This document shows positions 27,115 to 37,179 of a DNA stretch of 64,000 bases, piece after piece. A program made the position numbers and the translations under genes. How positions within the stretch are numbered: position 1 is the first letter of the stretch; every line of letters begins with the position of its first letter. Source of the DNA: an uncultured Alphaproteobacteria bacterium (GTDB lineage Bacteria; Pseudomonadota; Alphaproteobacteria; MPNO01; DASWLB01); assembly GCA_963817535.1 (NCBI GenBank), contig CAWFOW010000011.1:46754-110753 (forward strand). The letters run 5' to 3'. Below the pieces are notes generated by a model, which searched no databases, was not told the origin of the DNA, and saw only the letters and a list, made by a program, of their open reading frames with translations.

Positions 27115-28274
27115 CTCAGCTTCTCGAGGATGCTGGCATAGTTGGCCACGCCGGTTCCACCCATGTTGAACACGCCGGCGAGGCGTGCGCCCGGAATCTG
27201 CATGCCACCTGCCTGTCCCTCGAGCTGCATCGCCGCAAGGACATGCATGGAAACGCCTGTGGCGCCGATCGGGTGGCCCTTCGATTTGAGCCCGCCCGAT
27301 GGGTTGATAGGCAGGCGCCCGTCCTTCTCCGTCCAGCCCTCGTCGATCGCACGCGCCCCGCCGCCGTGGGGCGTGAGGCCAATGGCTTCGTAGGTCATCA
27401 GCTCGGCGATGGTGAAACAGTCGTGGACCTCCATGAGCTGAAGGTCGTCGAGCCTGACGCGCGCCTCGGCGAAGGCCGCCTGCCACGCATGGGCGGCGCC
27501 CTCAAGGCGGGTCGCGTCCCGCCGGCGGATCGGCAGGAAGTCGTTGACGTGCTGCGCCGCCCGAAACACGACGGCCTTGGGGCCGGCAAGCGCGGTGTCC
27601 AGATCGGCCAGCACCAGAGCCGCAGCGCCATCGGTTACCGGCGAGCAGTCCGTGCGGCGCAGCGGCCCGGCCACCATCGGGTTCTTGTCGGACGTCGCGG
27701 CGCAAAACGCGTAGCCCAGATCCTTCTGGAAATGCGCATAGGGGTTGACGGCGCCGTTCTTGTGATTCTTGGCGGCGATGCGGGCCAGCGCGTCGGACTT
27801 GTCGCCGAAACGCTGGAAGTAGCGGTCGGCGATGTGCCCGAATATGTCGGCAAAGCTCGCGTGGTCGCTTTCGTCCTTGAGATAGCTTGCCTTGGTCAGT
27901 ATCTCGCCAATGGCAGCACCGGCCAGTTCCGTCATCTTTTCGACGCCGACCACCAGCACGATACGCGCCTTCCTCGCGTCGATCGCGTGCAGTCCTTGAT
28001 AGATTGCGGCCGATCCAGTCGCGCACGCGTTCTCAACCCGTGTCGCCGGCTTGAAGCGCAAATCGTCGTGCGCCTGAAGCACCAGCGAGGCCGGAAAATC
28101 CTGCTTCACGAAGCCGGCGTTGAAGGTGCCGAGATAGATCTCATCGACGTCCTTCGGTGCGATTTGCGCGTCGGCCAGCGCCGCTCCGGCGACGTCGACG
28201 ATCATCGACTCGACGTCGATTCCATCGTGTTTGCCGAATTTGCCGTGCGCCCAGCCGATGATGCAAGCAGTCAT
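27111..28274 (-). CDS. Thiolase-like / SCP-x-type lipid-transfer protein thiolase
   Basis: 387 aa. Thiolase C-terminus NPSGGLKSKGHPIGATGV and catalytic Cys region. Paralog of 33054-34208. Confidence 0.75.
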   Translation of the reverse strand: MTACIIGWAHGKFGKHDGIDVESMIVDVAGAALADAQIAPKDVDEIYLGTFNAGFVKQDFPASLVLQAHDDLRFKPATRVENACATGSAAIYQGLHAIDARKARIVLVVGVEKMTELAGAAIGEILTKASYLKDESDHASFADIFGHIADRYFQRFGDKSDALARIAAKNHKNGAVNPYAHFQKDLGYAFCAATSDKNPMVAGPLRRTDCSPVTDGAAALVLADLDTALAGPKAVVFRAAQHVNDFLPIRRRDATRLEGAAHAWQAAFAEARVRLDDLQLMEVHDCFTIAELMTYEAIGLTPHGGGARAIDEGWTEKDGRLPINPSGGLKSKGHPIGATGVSMHVLAAMQLEGQAGGMQIPGARLAGVFNMGGTGVANYASILEKLR

Positions 28275-28505
28275 GGTACGGCGATGATGTCACGGGCCGG
28301 GGCGGGCCGACAAGTCGCCCGGCGGGCGCGCGATCTTGCTGCCTTGACATTCGGGGCGGCGCCAACATAGCCATTGCCGGGCGGTTGTCTATAAAGACTA
28401 AAATCGCGCGTGAGCCTGCTTGCGAATGCTCCGGACCCGCGTCGAAAAGACGGGTCGGGCCAGGGCGTCGTGGGACGCACGAGATGTTGGAGTGGAGGCA
28501 CGGCC

Positions 28506-29708
28506 ATGGCCAGTGATCAAGTCATCATCGCCGGCGGCGGGATCGGGGGATTCGCGGCGGCGCTCGCGCTCAGCCGCAAGGGCCGTCCCGTGAAGCTGCT
28601 GGAGCAGGCGTCGGAATTCGGCGAGGTGGGGGCCGGCATCCAGATTGGCCCCAACGTGTTCAAGATGTTCGACGTCCTTGGTGTCACGGATGCGATTCGT
28701 GATGTCGCGGTGTTCCCCGACAAGCTCATCATGCGCGACGCGTTGACGGGTGCGCTGATTACCAGCGTGCCGATCGGGTCCCCGGCCTTCCGCGCGCGCT
28801 ATGCCTATCCGTACGGGGTCATCTACAGACCCGACCTCCACAATGTGCTGATCCATGCGGCGCAGGCCTCACCCCTGGTCGAAACCCAGGTCAATCAGAA
28901 GGTGACGGGCTTCGAGGATACCGGCGCCAAGGTGCGCGTGTTCACCGAAGGCGGAACGACTCACGAGGGCGCGGCGCTGATCGGCGCGGACGGGCTGTGG
29001 TCGGCCATTCGTGCGAAGCTGGTCGGCGACGGCAAGCCGCGCGTGTCGGGGCATATCGCCTATCGCGCGGTGCTCCCCACCGCCGAGGTCCCCGAGCACA
29101 TCCGCCAGAACAACGTCGTGCTCTGGGCCGGTCCCAGGACCCATCTCGTCCACTATCCGCTGCACCGGGGCGACATCTACAACTTGGTCGCGGTGTTCCA
29201 CAGCGACCGCTACGAGGAAGGCTGGGACACATACGGCGATCCCGAGGAGTTGAACGCCCGCTTCCGCGGCGAGCACCAGGACGTGCTGACCATGCTCGGC
29301 AAGATCGAAAGCTGGCGCATGTGGGTCCTCTGCGACCGCGAGCCGATCCGCGACTGGAGCCGGGGCAGGGTCACGCTGCTGGGCGATGCGGCCCACCCGA
29401 TGCTCCAATACCTGGCGCAGGGCGCGTGCATGGCGACCGAGGACGGTGTTTGCCTGGCGACCCGCGTCGTGGCCAACGGCGACGACTACGAAACGGCGTT
29501 CAAGGAGTACGAAAAGCTGCGATACCTGCGCACCGCGCGGGTCCAGCTGACGGCGCGCCTGTTCGGCGACATCTATCATGCCGCGGGCGCAACGGCCGAT
29601 CTGCGCAACATGCTGCTGAGCGCCCAGGACCCGACCAAGCCCGGCGAAGGGATGGCGTGGCTGTACGAGGGGCTCGACGATACCGGCGCCCAGCAGTTCG
29701 GCGGATAG
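28506..29708 (+). CDS. FAD-dependent aromatic hydroxylase (paralog of 21358-22566)
   Basis: VIIAGGGIGGFAAAL, IGADGLWSAIR, GDAAHPMLQYLAQGACMATEDG. Confidence 0.8.
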   Translation: MASDQVIIAGGGIGGFAAALALSRKGRPVKLLEQASEFGEVGAGIQIGPNVFKMFDVLGVTDAIRDVAVFPDKLIMRDALTGALITSVPIGSPAFRARYAYPYGVIYRPDLHNVLIHAAQASPLVETQVNQKVTGFEDTGAKVRVFTEGGTTHEGAALIGADGLWSAIRAKLVGDGKPRVSGHIAYRAVLPTAEVPEHIRQNNVVLWAGPRTHLVHYPLHRGDIYNLVAVFHSDRYEEGWDTYGDPEELNARFRGEHQDVLTMLGKIESWRMWVLCDREPIRDWSRGRVTLLGDAAHPMLQYLAQGACMATEDGVCLATRVVANGDDYETAFKEYEKLRYLRTARVQLTARLFGDIYHAAGATADLRNMLLSAQDPTKPGEGMAWLYEGLDDTGAQQFGG

Positions 29709-29747
29709 CGGCTTTGCGATGCGCAGGATTTTTCCGAGGAAACGGCC

Positions 29748-30152
29748 ATGGAGCGAACCGCCACGTGCCATTGCGGGGACCTGCGGGTGATCGCCTCGGG
29801 TGATCCAGACGCGGTGTATCTCTGCCATTGCAGCGCCTGCCAGCACAGGACCGGCGCGGTCGTTCACGCGGGAAGCCGGTTCAAGCGGACGCAGGTCAGG
29901 ATCGAAGGCGCGGCAATGGTCTACGAGCGGGTCGGCGACAGCGGCGGCACGGTCCGCTATCACTTTTGTCCCCGATGCGGCACGAACCTTTACTGGACGC
30001 AGGATCGGTTCCCGGACAGCTACGGCATCGCCGTCGGGGCGTTCGCCGATCCGGCGTTTCCGGTGCCGACGGCCTCGCTGTGGGAAGAGAGCAAGCACGC
30101 CTGGGTCGGATTGCCGGCGGGAATCGCCTGCTTTCGCCAGGGCCGCGTCTGA
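29748..30152 (+). CDS. GFA (glutathione-dependent formaldehyde-activating / CENP-V-like) family Zn protein
   Basis: CHCG...CHCSACQ...CPRCG Cys pattern. Confidence 0.7.
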   Translation: MERTATCHCGDLRVIASGDPDAVYLCHCSACQHRTGAVVHAGSRFKRTQVRIEGAAMVYERVGDSGGTVRYHFCPRCGTNLYWTQDRFPDSYGIAVGAFADPAFPVPTASLWEESKHAWVGLPAGIACFRQGRV

Positions 30153-30182
30153 CGCGCTGGCCGGGGGCTTGCCCGCGGCTCC

Positions 30183-31310
30183 CTACGAGGCGATCACCGG
30201 TGACTTCTCGTGGTCGGTGAAGTTCTTGCCCGCGTCGAAGCGGATGATGTCGTTTCCGGGCTGATCCCGCACGACGCCGTGTGGATCACGACCCGCCTCG
30301 ACGGCGGCGATCGAGTTGAAGGCCAGCTTGCGCCACATCACGACGCCGCGATCAGACGTGGCGAGGAACTCGCGGGTGCGGTCGTGGATCAGCCCCTGGC
30401 TTTCCTGCGCGGCCCGATCCTGGTCGTCCGACGCGAGGCCCCACCAGCCGTCCTCGACGCGCTCATAGACACCGCGGACAGTCGCCTTGAGGCCGCGGCA
30501 CTCGCGCTTGTAAGGGCCTTGCGGCTTGAACCGGCTTTCCACGAAGAACGTCGTGGTGGTGTGGTCGTCGGTGGGCACGCGGATATGCAGGAACTCGCTC
30601 GGCAGGCTGCCCGCGCGCGCGTTGTGGCGCCGCGTGGATGAGGGAAAGATGTCGTGCACGATGTTGCGATTGCCGCCGGGATATTCCGACTGGGTGCGGA
30701 ACCCGTACCAGGTCGGAGAAAACTCGACCTCCGGGCGCTTGAGCGCGATAGACGGATAGACCGACGCGTGCAGCGCCATGCTGTGATAGGTGTCGACGCC
30801 GTTCTCGGCGCGCTGCACCCAGTTGCAATGATCGTCGGCCGCCCAGACGGTGCGGTCGCAATCGTCGAGGAACAGCAGGTCGTAGCGCGGCAGTTGGGGC
30901 GCGGGAAGTGGGCCAAGATACGCAAAGACCAGCCCGGCCGCCACTTGCACTTGGGCCGACCGCACGCACACCTCTTCGTGGAGGCGGCTGCCCGGCGGCT
31001 CGGCCGGCATTTCGAGGCACTGCCCGCCGGCATCGTAAAGCCAACCGTGATAGCAGCAGCGAAGTCCGCGGTCCTCGACGCGGCCGAGCGTCAGGAGCGC
31101 CCGCCGATGCGCGCAAACGGCCTCGAGCATTCCGATGCGTCCCGCGCCGTCCCGGAACAGGACGAACTCCTCGCCCAGAAGGCGGATCGCCATCGGCTTC
31201 GATTCGATCTTCTCCTCGAACCAAACCGGCCACCAGTAGCGCCGCAGCATTTCGCCGCCGGGCGTTCCCGGACCGACACGCGTCAACCTTTCATTCTCTT
31301 CCGGAGTCAT
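30183..31310 (-). CDS. Rieske non-heme iron oxygenase alpha-type subunit (single-subunit, phthalate-family/VanA-KshA-like)
   Basis: Rieske CAHRRALLTLG...CCYHGW. Mononuclear iron ENGVDTYHSMALH. No beta subunit gene adjacent. Confidence 0.8.
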   Translation of the reverse strand: MTPEENERLTRVGPGTPGGEMLRRYWWPVWFEEKIESKPMAIRLLGEEFVLFRDGAGRIGMLEAVCAHRRALLTLGRVEDRGLRCCYHGWLYDAGGQCLEMPAEPPGSRLHEEVCVRSAQVQVAAGLVFAYLGPLPAPQLPRYDLLFLDDCDRTVWAADDHCNWVQRAENGVDTYHSMALHASVYPSIALKRPEVEFSPTWYGFRTQSEYPGGNRNIVHDIFPSSTRRHNARAGSLPSEFLHIRVPTDDHTTTTFFVESRFKPQGPYKRECRGLKATVRGVYERVEDGWWGLASDDQDRAAQESQGLIHDRTREFLATSDRGVVMWRKLAFNSIAAVEAGRDPHGVVRDQPGNDIIRFDAGKNFTDHEKSPVIAS

Positions 31311-31586
31311 CGGACGTATCCCCGCTTGCGTCAGGGCCTCCCTGGCTAGCCCGCGGGAAGTATACCGCTTGCACCCCGACCAGCAAGGTCGAAGGGATTT
31401 CGTCGGACGAAATCATCCGACGTGACTGGATATCGGTGGTGATCGAGTATAGAGTTTTTGGAACGAGCTCGCGCCGGGGGATCGAATGACCGTCGTTACA
31501 TTCCGCCGCGGTGTTGCCCGCTCCGGCCCGTCCCGCCGGGATTTCGGCGTCGTACTTGCGGCCATGATCACGGTTGGATTCGCGGC

Positions 31587-32606
31587 ATGACCCAGACCAT
31601 GAAGGCGGTTCGCCTGTTCGCGCATGGCGGGCCGGAAGCCCTGACCTACGGCGACTTTCCGATTCCCGAGGTCGGGCCTGACGACGTGCTGGTGCGCGTG
31701 CTGGCGACCACGGTTTCGGGCTGGGACGTCAAGTACCGGATCGGCGAGTCCGGGGGCGCGCCGCCGTTTAAGCTGCCGATGCAGCCGGGCCGTGACGCGG
31801 CGGGCGTCGTCGAGGCGGTCGGCGACCGGGTGACCGCATTCAAGCCCGGCGATCGTGTGGTGGGCCTGGTGCATCCCGTTGGCCCCAAGGGAGAAAGCAT
31901 CTATCCCGGCCATATCACGTTCGGCGGCAACGCCCAGTTCGTCGCGCGGCCCGAAGGGCAGTGGTTGGCCTTGCCGGCGCATGTCGAGCCGGCGGCCGCG
32001 GCCGCGGCGATGTGGTCGTATTCCACCTCGCATCGCGTCATGCTCGACCGGCTCGGATCGCGGCTGGGCGATACGGACTTCGTCGTCGGCGGCTCCGGCG
32101 GCATGGGATCGGCAATCCTCGATCTCGCCAAGGCGATGGGCGTGCGCACGATCGCCTACACCCGCTCGCCGGCGAAGGTGGAATTCCTGCGCCGCCTGGG
32201 CGCGACCGAGGTCGTGGTGGCGCAGGACGATGCCGCGGCGGCGGTCCGCAAGCTGGCGCCGCCCGCTGGCTGCGACGGCGCGATCGAGTGCAGCGGCGCG
32301 CAGGACATGATGCGGCTGTGCATCGACGTGCTGCGCCGTGGGGGTACGTTCATTCCCGTTGCGTCCGAGGGCCGGCCGGCGCCGATGCCGATCACGGTGG
32401 CGGACTGCACCCGACTGGAGTTGACCATCCGGGGCGCACGGGCGTCGACTTATGCCGATCAGCGCGCCGTGGTGGACCTTCTCGCGCAGGGGCGAATCAG
32501 CCCGGCCATCGATACTGTGATGCCGCTGTCCGAGCTGCGTCGGGCGCACGAACGCCTCCAATCCGGTACGGTGCTCGGGCGGATCGTGCTGGATCCGTGG
32601 CGCTGA
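31587..32606 (+). CDS. Zn-dependent alcohol dehydrogenase / quinone oxidoreductase (MDR superfamily)
   Basis: GroES-like N-terminus, NAD(P) Rossmann motif VVGGSGGMGSAILDLAKAMG. Confidence 0.8.
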   Translation: MTQTMKAVRLFAHGGPEALTYGDFPIPEVGPDDVLVRVLATTVSGWDVKYRIGESGGAPPFKLPMQPGRDAAGVVEAVGDRVTAFKPGDRVVGLVHPVGPKGESIYPGHITFGGNAQFVARPEGQWLALPAHVEPAAAAAAMWSYSTSHRVMLDRLGSRLGDTDFVVGGSGGMGSAILDLAKAMGVRTIAYTRSPAKVEFLRRLGATEVVVAQDDAAAAVRKLAPPAGCDGAIECSGAQDMMRLCIDVLRRGGTFIPVASEGRPAPMPITVADCTRLELTIRGARASTYADQRAVVDLLAQGRISPAIDTVMPLSELRRAHERLQSGTVLGRIVLDPWR

Positions 32607-32635
32607 CGGCGGCATGACGGCAAAGAGTTGAATCC

Positions 32636-33037
32636 ATGTCACGACCGGTCATTCCCGCCGCCAACTTCGACACCCAGCCATTCTGGGAGGGCTGCGCACG
32701 CGGCGAACTCCTGCTGCAACGCTGCGACGCATGCGGGTCCTATCGCCATCCGCCGAGCCCTGTCTGCCCGAACTGCCTGAGCGACAAGCATGCCTGGGTC
32801 CCGTCCAGCGGGCGCGGCAAGGTCTATACTTTCGTGGTGGTCCGCGAGACCCGGGCCCGCGGCTGGGACAAGATGGTGCCCTACGTCGTAGCCGTCATTT
32901 CGCTCGACGAGGGACCGCACATGCTGACCGACCTGATCAATGTCGCGCCGGAAGCGGTGACGATCGACATGCCCGTCGCGGTAACGTTCGAAGAGCTCGA
33001 CGGGACGACCCGGCTGCCGCTCTTTCGGCCGGCATGA
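32636..33037 (+). CDS. Zn-ribbon/OB-fold protein (DUF35), partner of SCP-x thiolase
   Basis: CDACGSYRHPPSPVCPNC zinc ribbon followed by an OB fold. Immediately precedes a thiolase. Confidence 0.7.
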   Translation: MSRPVIPAANFDTQPFWEGCARGELLLQRCDACGSYRHPPSPVCPNCLSDKHAWVPSSGRGKVYTFVVVRETRARGWDKMVPYVVAVISLDEGPHMLTDLINVAPEAVTIDMPVAVTFEELDGTTRLPLFRPA

Positions 33038-33053
33038 GGGGAGCCACGCCGCT

Positions 33054-34208
33054 ATGACCGGGATCAGCGGACGGTATGCAATCGCAGGAGTTGGCGAATC
33101 CGACGTCGGACGCCATCTCGGGCGCTCCGGCATGGCGCTCCATCTCGAAGCGATCACTCGCGCGCTGGACGACGCCGGCCTGGAAAAATCCGACGTCGAC
33201 GGTCTGTTGGTCCGGCCGAGCCGGAGCGAGCCGCAGTTCAACTACTCGGCGGTGCTTGCCGGTCGGCTCGGAATCCAGCCCACCTATTTCTCCGACGTGG
33301 CGCTCGGCGGGGCGTCGTCCGCCTCCATGATCCTCGACGCCGTCGCGGCGCTCGAAGCGGGGCTGTGCACGACGGTGCTCTGCGTTAACGGCGACGCCCA
33401 GACCGCGCGCGGCGCGGTCCGCCGGGGCGGGCTGACCAACTGGATCGAGGATTTCGAGCGGCCGTTCGGCATGATCGGCGCACCCGAAAGCTATGGACTC
33501 GGCGCGCGCCGGCACATGCACGAGTACGGCACGACCAGCGAGCAGTTCGGGCAGATCGCCGTAGCTTGTCGCAAGCATGCCAGCCTCAACCCCGCCGCGA
33601 CATTCCGCACGCCAATGACGCTGGCCGATCACCAGGCGTCCCGCTACGTGGTCGAGCCGCTTCGCCTGCTCGATTGTTGCCCCGTGACGGACGGGGCGGG
33701 CGCGGTCATCGTGACTAGCGCCGAGCGGGCGCGCGACCTGGCGCAGCCTCCCGTATTCCTGCTCGGGCTGGGGCAGGGTTTTACCCACTCGGACCTGCCC
33801 TACGCGTCGTCGATGACCACCGTCTCGATGCGAAGCGCGTCGGAGCGTGCGTACGCCATGGCGGGGCTCGGCCCAACGGATATCGACCTGGCCCAGCTCT
33901 ACGATTGCTTCACCTCGGTCGTGCTGGTGACGCTCGAGGATTACGGGTTCTGCAAGAAGGGCGAGGGCGGCGCGTTCGTTGAGGACGGCCGGATCGAGCT
34001 CGGCGGCGAGCTGCCGGTCAATACCGGCGGCGGGCTGCTGTCGCACGCTCATGCGAGCGGCATGATGCTGGTCACCGAAGGGGCGATACAGATCCGCGGC
34101 GCGGCCGGGGATCGCCAGGTCGCCCACGCGGAAACGGCCATCGTCAGCGGACAGTGCGGCGTGACCGGGATCAACGTCTGCCTGATTTTCGCCAAGCATC
34201 TGAACTGA
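33054..34208 (+). CDS. Thiolase-like / SCP-x-type thiolase
   Basis: 384 aa. Thiolase N and C blocks (NTGGGLLSHAHASGMMLV). Confidence 0.8.
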   Translation: MTGISGRYAIAGVGESDVGRHLGRSGMALHLEAITRALDDAGLEKSDVDGLLVRPSRSEPQFNYSAVLAGRLGIQPTYFSDVALGGASSASMILDAVAALEAGLCTTVLCVNGDAQTARGAVRRGGLTNWIEDFERPFGMIGAPESYGLGARRHMHEYGTTSEQFGQIAVACRKHASLNPAATFRTPMTLADHQASRYVVEPLRLLDCCPVTDGAGAVIVTSAERARDLAQPPVFLLGLGQGFTHSDLPYASSMTTVSMRSASERAYAMAGLGPTDIDLAQLYDCFTSVVLVTLEDYGFCKKGEGGAFVEDGRIELGGELPVNTGGGLLSHAHASGMMLVTEGAIQIRGAAGDRQVAHAETAIVSGQCGVTGINVCLIFAKHLN

Positions 34209-34300
34209 TGCCATTTTTGATCGGATGATTTCGTCCGACGATCTGGCATTTCGGGTTGCTCGTGCGAAGAGAGTTTGTATAGTCGAGAGGGAGGACGGAG

Positions 34301-34834
34301 ATGGCCGAACGTGAGCGCACCCGGGTGCGCGAGAAGGAGCCGCCCCGCGTCAGCTCCTACGAGCTCGCGATCAAGAACATGCGGGAATTCGCCGAGCGGA
34401 ACATGTTCGGCCGGATCGTGTGCAAGCTCGAGGACACCGAGCAGAACCTGACTCGGCAGGGCCGGCTTCGCACCTATCTCGGATTCACGGTCAAGGACAC
34501 GCCGCTCCAGGATTGGGTCGTCTTCACGCACGAGATCCGCACCGCGTCCGGCAAGCACCGGCACCAGGGCGGGCTGATCATCTATGTCATCGACGGGACG
34601 GGATACTCCATCGTCGACGGCGAGCGAGTCGATTGGGAGAAGGGCGATCTGGTTCTCCTGCCGCTTCGCGAAAAGGGCGTCGAGCACCAGCATTTCAATA
34701 CCAACCCGGAGAAGCCCGCCGTGTGGATGGCCTTCATCCGCCGTGCCCTCCAGGACTATGTCGCCTCGGAGATCACCCAGTCGGAGCCCTCGCCGGAGTA
34801 CAAGGCTGCCGAGGCGGCCGGTCGCGCGGAATGA
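34301..34834 (+). CDS. Small cupin-domain protein (paralog of 41905-42423)
   Basis: Conserved-barrel motif GGLIIYVIDGTGYSIVDGERVDWEKGDLVLLP...QHFN. Confidence 0.6.
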   Translation: MAERERTRVREKEPPRVSSYELAIKNMREFAERNMFGRIVCKLEDTEQNLTRQGRLRTYLGFTVKDTPLQDWVVFTHEIRTASGKHRHQGGLIIYVIDGTGYSIVDGERVDWEKGDLVLLPLREKGVEHQHFNTNPEKPAVWMAFIRRALQDYVASEITQSEPSPEYKAAEAAGRAE

Positions 34835-34838
34835 TGCG

Positions 34839-36060
34839 ATGAGCGCCGCCCGCCCGCTGCCCTTGTCCGGCATTCGCGTGCTCGATTTCGGGCATATCGT
34901 GGCGGGCCCCTTCTGCGTGCGGATGCTGGCGGATCTCGGCGCCGACGTCGTCAAGATCGAGACGGCATCGCGCCAGGGGCGCACCGGCGCCCGGCGCGGC
35001 AGCAGCGGACGGGGCGGCAATACCAGTGGTCGGACGCCGATTCTGTTTCACATCAACCGCAACCGCCGGTCCATCGACCTCGACCTGAAGACCGAGCGCG
35101 GTTGTGACGTCGCGCACCGGCTTGTCGATGTCGCGGACGTGATCGTCGAGAATTTCTCGAGCGGCGTCATGGATCGACTCGGGTTCGGCTACGACGCGCT
35201 GGCAACCACCAATCCGCGGCTCGTCTACGCCAGCATGTCGGCCTTCGGCCATTCGGGTCCGCACCGAGACTGGACCGGCATGAACGTCACGCTCCAGGCC
35301 TGCTCCGGCCTGATGCTCGCGACCGGACGGGCCGGCGATCCGCCGATCGGGATCTCCAACAGCTGGAACGACTATATCGGCGGGCTTCACGCCGCGGTCG
35401 CGATCATCGGCGCCCTGTCCGAGCGCGCGCAGACCGGCCGTGGCCGTCATCTCGACGTGTCGCAGTTCGAATGCAGCGTCGCGATGATCGGCAGCCTGCT
35501 GCTTTCCAGCATTATCGACCGGGCACCGCCTGAGCGTATCGGAAGCCGCTCGCGCGCCGTCGCGCCTCAGGGCTGCTATCGCTGCGCCGGCGAGGATCAA
35601 TGGTGCGCGATCAGCGTGCAGGACGACGAGCAGTGGCGCGCGCTCGTCGACGAGCTTGGCGAGGCCGCGACGTCTTTTCACGATCCGCGCTACGCGACCC
35701 TGGCCGGCCGGCTCGAGAATCACGACGCGATCGACGAAGTGATCGAATTCTTGGACCCAGGAGCTTGGTCCGACGGACGTCGAGCGCCGCCTCGGTGCGC
35801 GCGGCGTACCGGGGGCCGCGATGCGGCGCGGCGACGAGATAGCCGGTATGGAGTCCTGGCGCCAGGTTTTGCGCCCGGTCGCGGGTCGGGACGGGCCGTC
35901 TGAAAGGTCCGTCGGGTTGCCGTTCACCTTCGGCGGGTGCGCCCCGGTGGGCGCAACGCCCGCGCCCCGCATGGGCGAGCAGGGGCGCGAGGTCGTGCGC
36001 GACTGGCTGAAGCTCGATGATCGTGCGGTCGAGGAGCTGTTCCCGGAGGTTTCGGTCTGA
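34839..36060 (+). pseudogene. Family III CoA-transferase (CaiB/BaiF) gene with apparent +1 frameshift near 35755-35770
   Basis: N-terminus LSGIRVLDFGHIVAGPFCVRMLADLGADVVKIE. The C-terminal CaiB block (ELGPTDVERRLGARGVPGAAMRRGDEIAG...APRMGEQGREVVRDWLKLDDRAVEEL) is in the +1 frame (track ORF 35821-36060). Confidence 0.65.
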
Positions 36061-37179
36061 TGGCGCGCATCCTCGACCTGACGAGCGTGACGGGCGCGTA
36101 TGGCATGCGCCTCCTGGCCGAGATGGGTCACGAGGTGGTGCGTGTCGAGCGTCCCGAAGGCGACGAGGTGCGGCGCCTTTACCCGCATATCGGCGCCGTA
36201 CCGGACGCCGAGTTCGAGCGCGTTTCATCAGTTCCTCAACGCCGGCAAGCGCAGCTTTGCGGTGGACGTCGAAACCGAGGACGGGCGGCGCCGGCTTCTG
36301 GCCCTGGTCGCTACGGCGGACGCGATGGTGGCGAGCCTGCCGCTGCCACTCGACGAGGACGCATTGCACGCCGCCAACCCGGATATGGTCCTTGTTCGGC
36401 TCGACGACGGGCCGCCCGAGCTCTGCGGCTTCGCGGCATCGGGGCTGCTTGGCATTACAGGGGAGCCCGATGGCCGGCCGGTTCCGCTCGGCGGTCACGT
36501 TCCCAGCTCGGCCGTCGGCATCTATGTCGCGATGGCGACCGCCGCCGCGCTGTTCGCCCGTGACGGCGCCGGCGCGGGGCAGTTGGTGGATGTCTCGGCG
36601 GAGCAGTGCCTCGCCGCGCTTGCCGAGCAGGTCTGGGTTGAGTACGCGTCGTCGGGCGAGACGCTGGAGCGGCTCGGCTCGTGCGGCGGCGTCACGGCGC
36701 TCGCCGGCGCGCTTCCGTGCGCGGACGGCCACTGGATGGTGAGCGTACCGCCCGACCCGCAGGGCTGGGCGAACTTCGTCCAGCTCGTGCCGGACCCCGC
36801 GTTCAAGGACGATGCGTCGATGGCCGACGAGGCACTGCGGCGAGAGCGGAAGCACGAGATTCTCGATCGCGTCGCGGTTTGGTCGACGCCGCGCAAGAAG
36901 GCCGAGATCGTCGAGGAGGCGCAGCGCCGGCACATCCCCGCGGCGCCGGTGTCGAGCCCGGACGAGCTTGCCCACAATCCGCAGCTTCTCGCGCGCGGCT
37001 TCCTGCGCGAGGTCGATCATCCTGTCGCGGGCAGGATCAATTTTCCGGTGGGAGCGCTGGCAAGCCTCTGGGGACGATCGCCTCCCCTGGCGCCGCGCCT
37101 TGGCCAGGACAATGCCGCAATCCTGAATGAGCTCGACAATTCGGCCGATGATCCCGCGCAACCGTCGCGCGGCACGTGA
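36060..37179 (+). pseudogene. Second family III CoA-transferase (CaiB/BaiF) gene with apparent +1 frameshift near 36215-36235
   Basis: N-terminus MARILDLTSVTGAYGMRLLAEMGHEVVRVERPEGDEV is in frame 36060. The remainder, FHQFLNAGKRSFAVDV...HPVAGR..., is in frame 36100. Confidence 0.65.

Noticed and set aside
35821-36060. 79-aa ORF called as a separate small gene
   Set aside because: Its translation is the conserved C-terminus of the family III CoA-transferase. It is better explained as the post-frameshift part of 34839-36060
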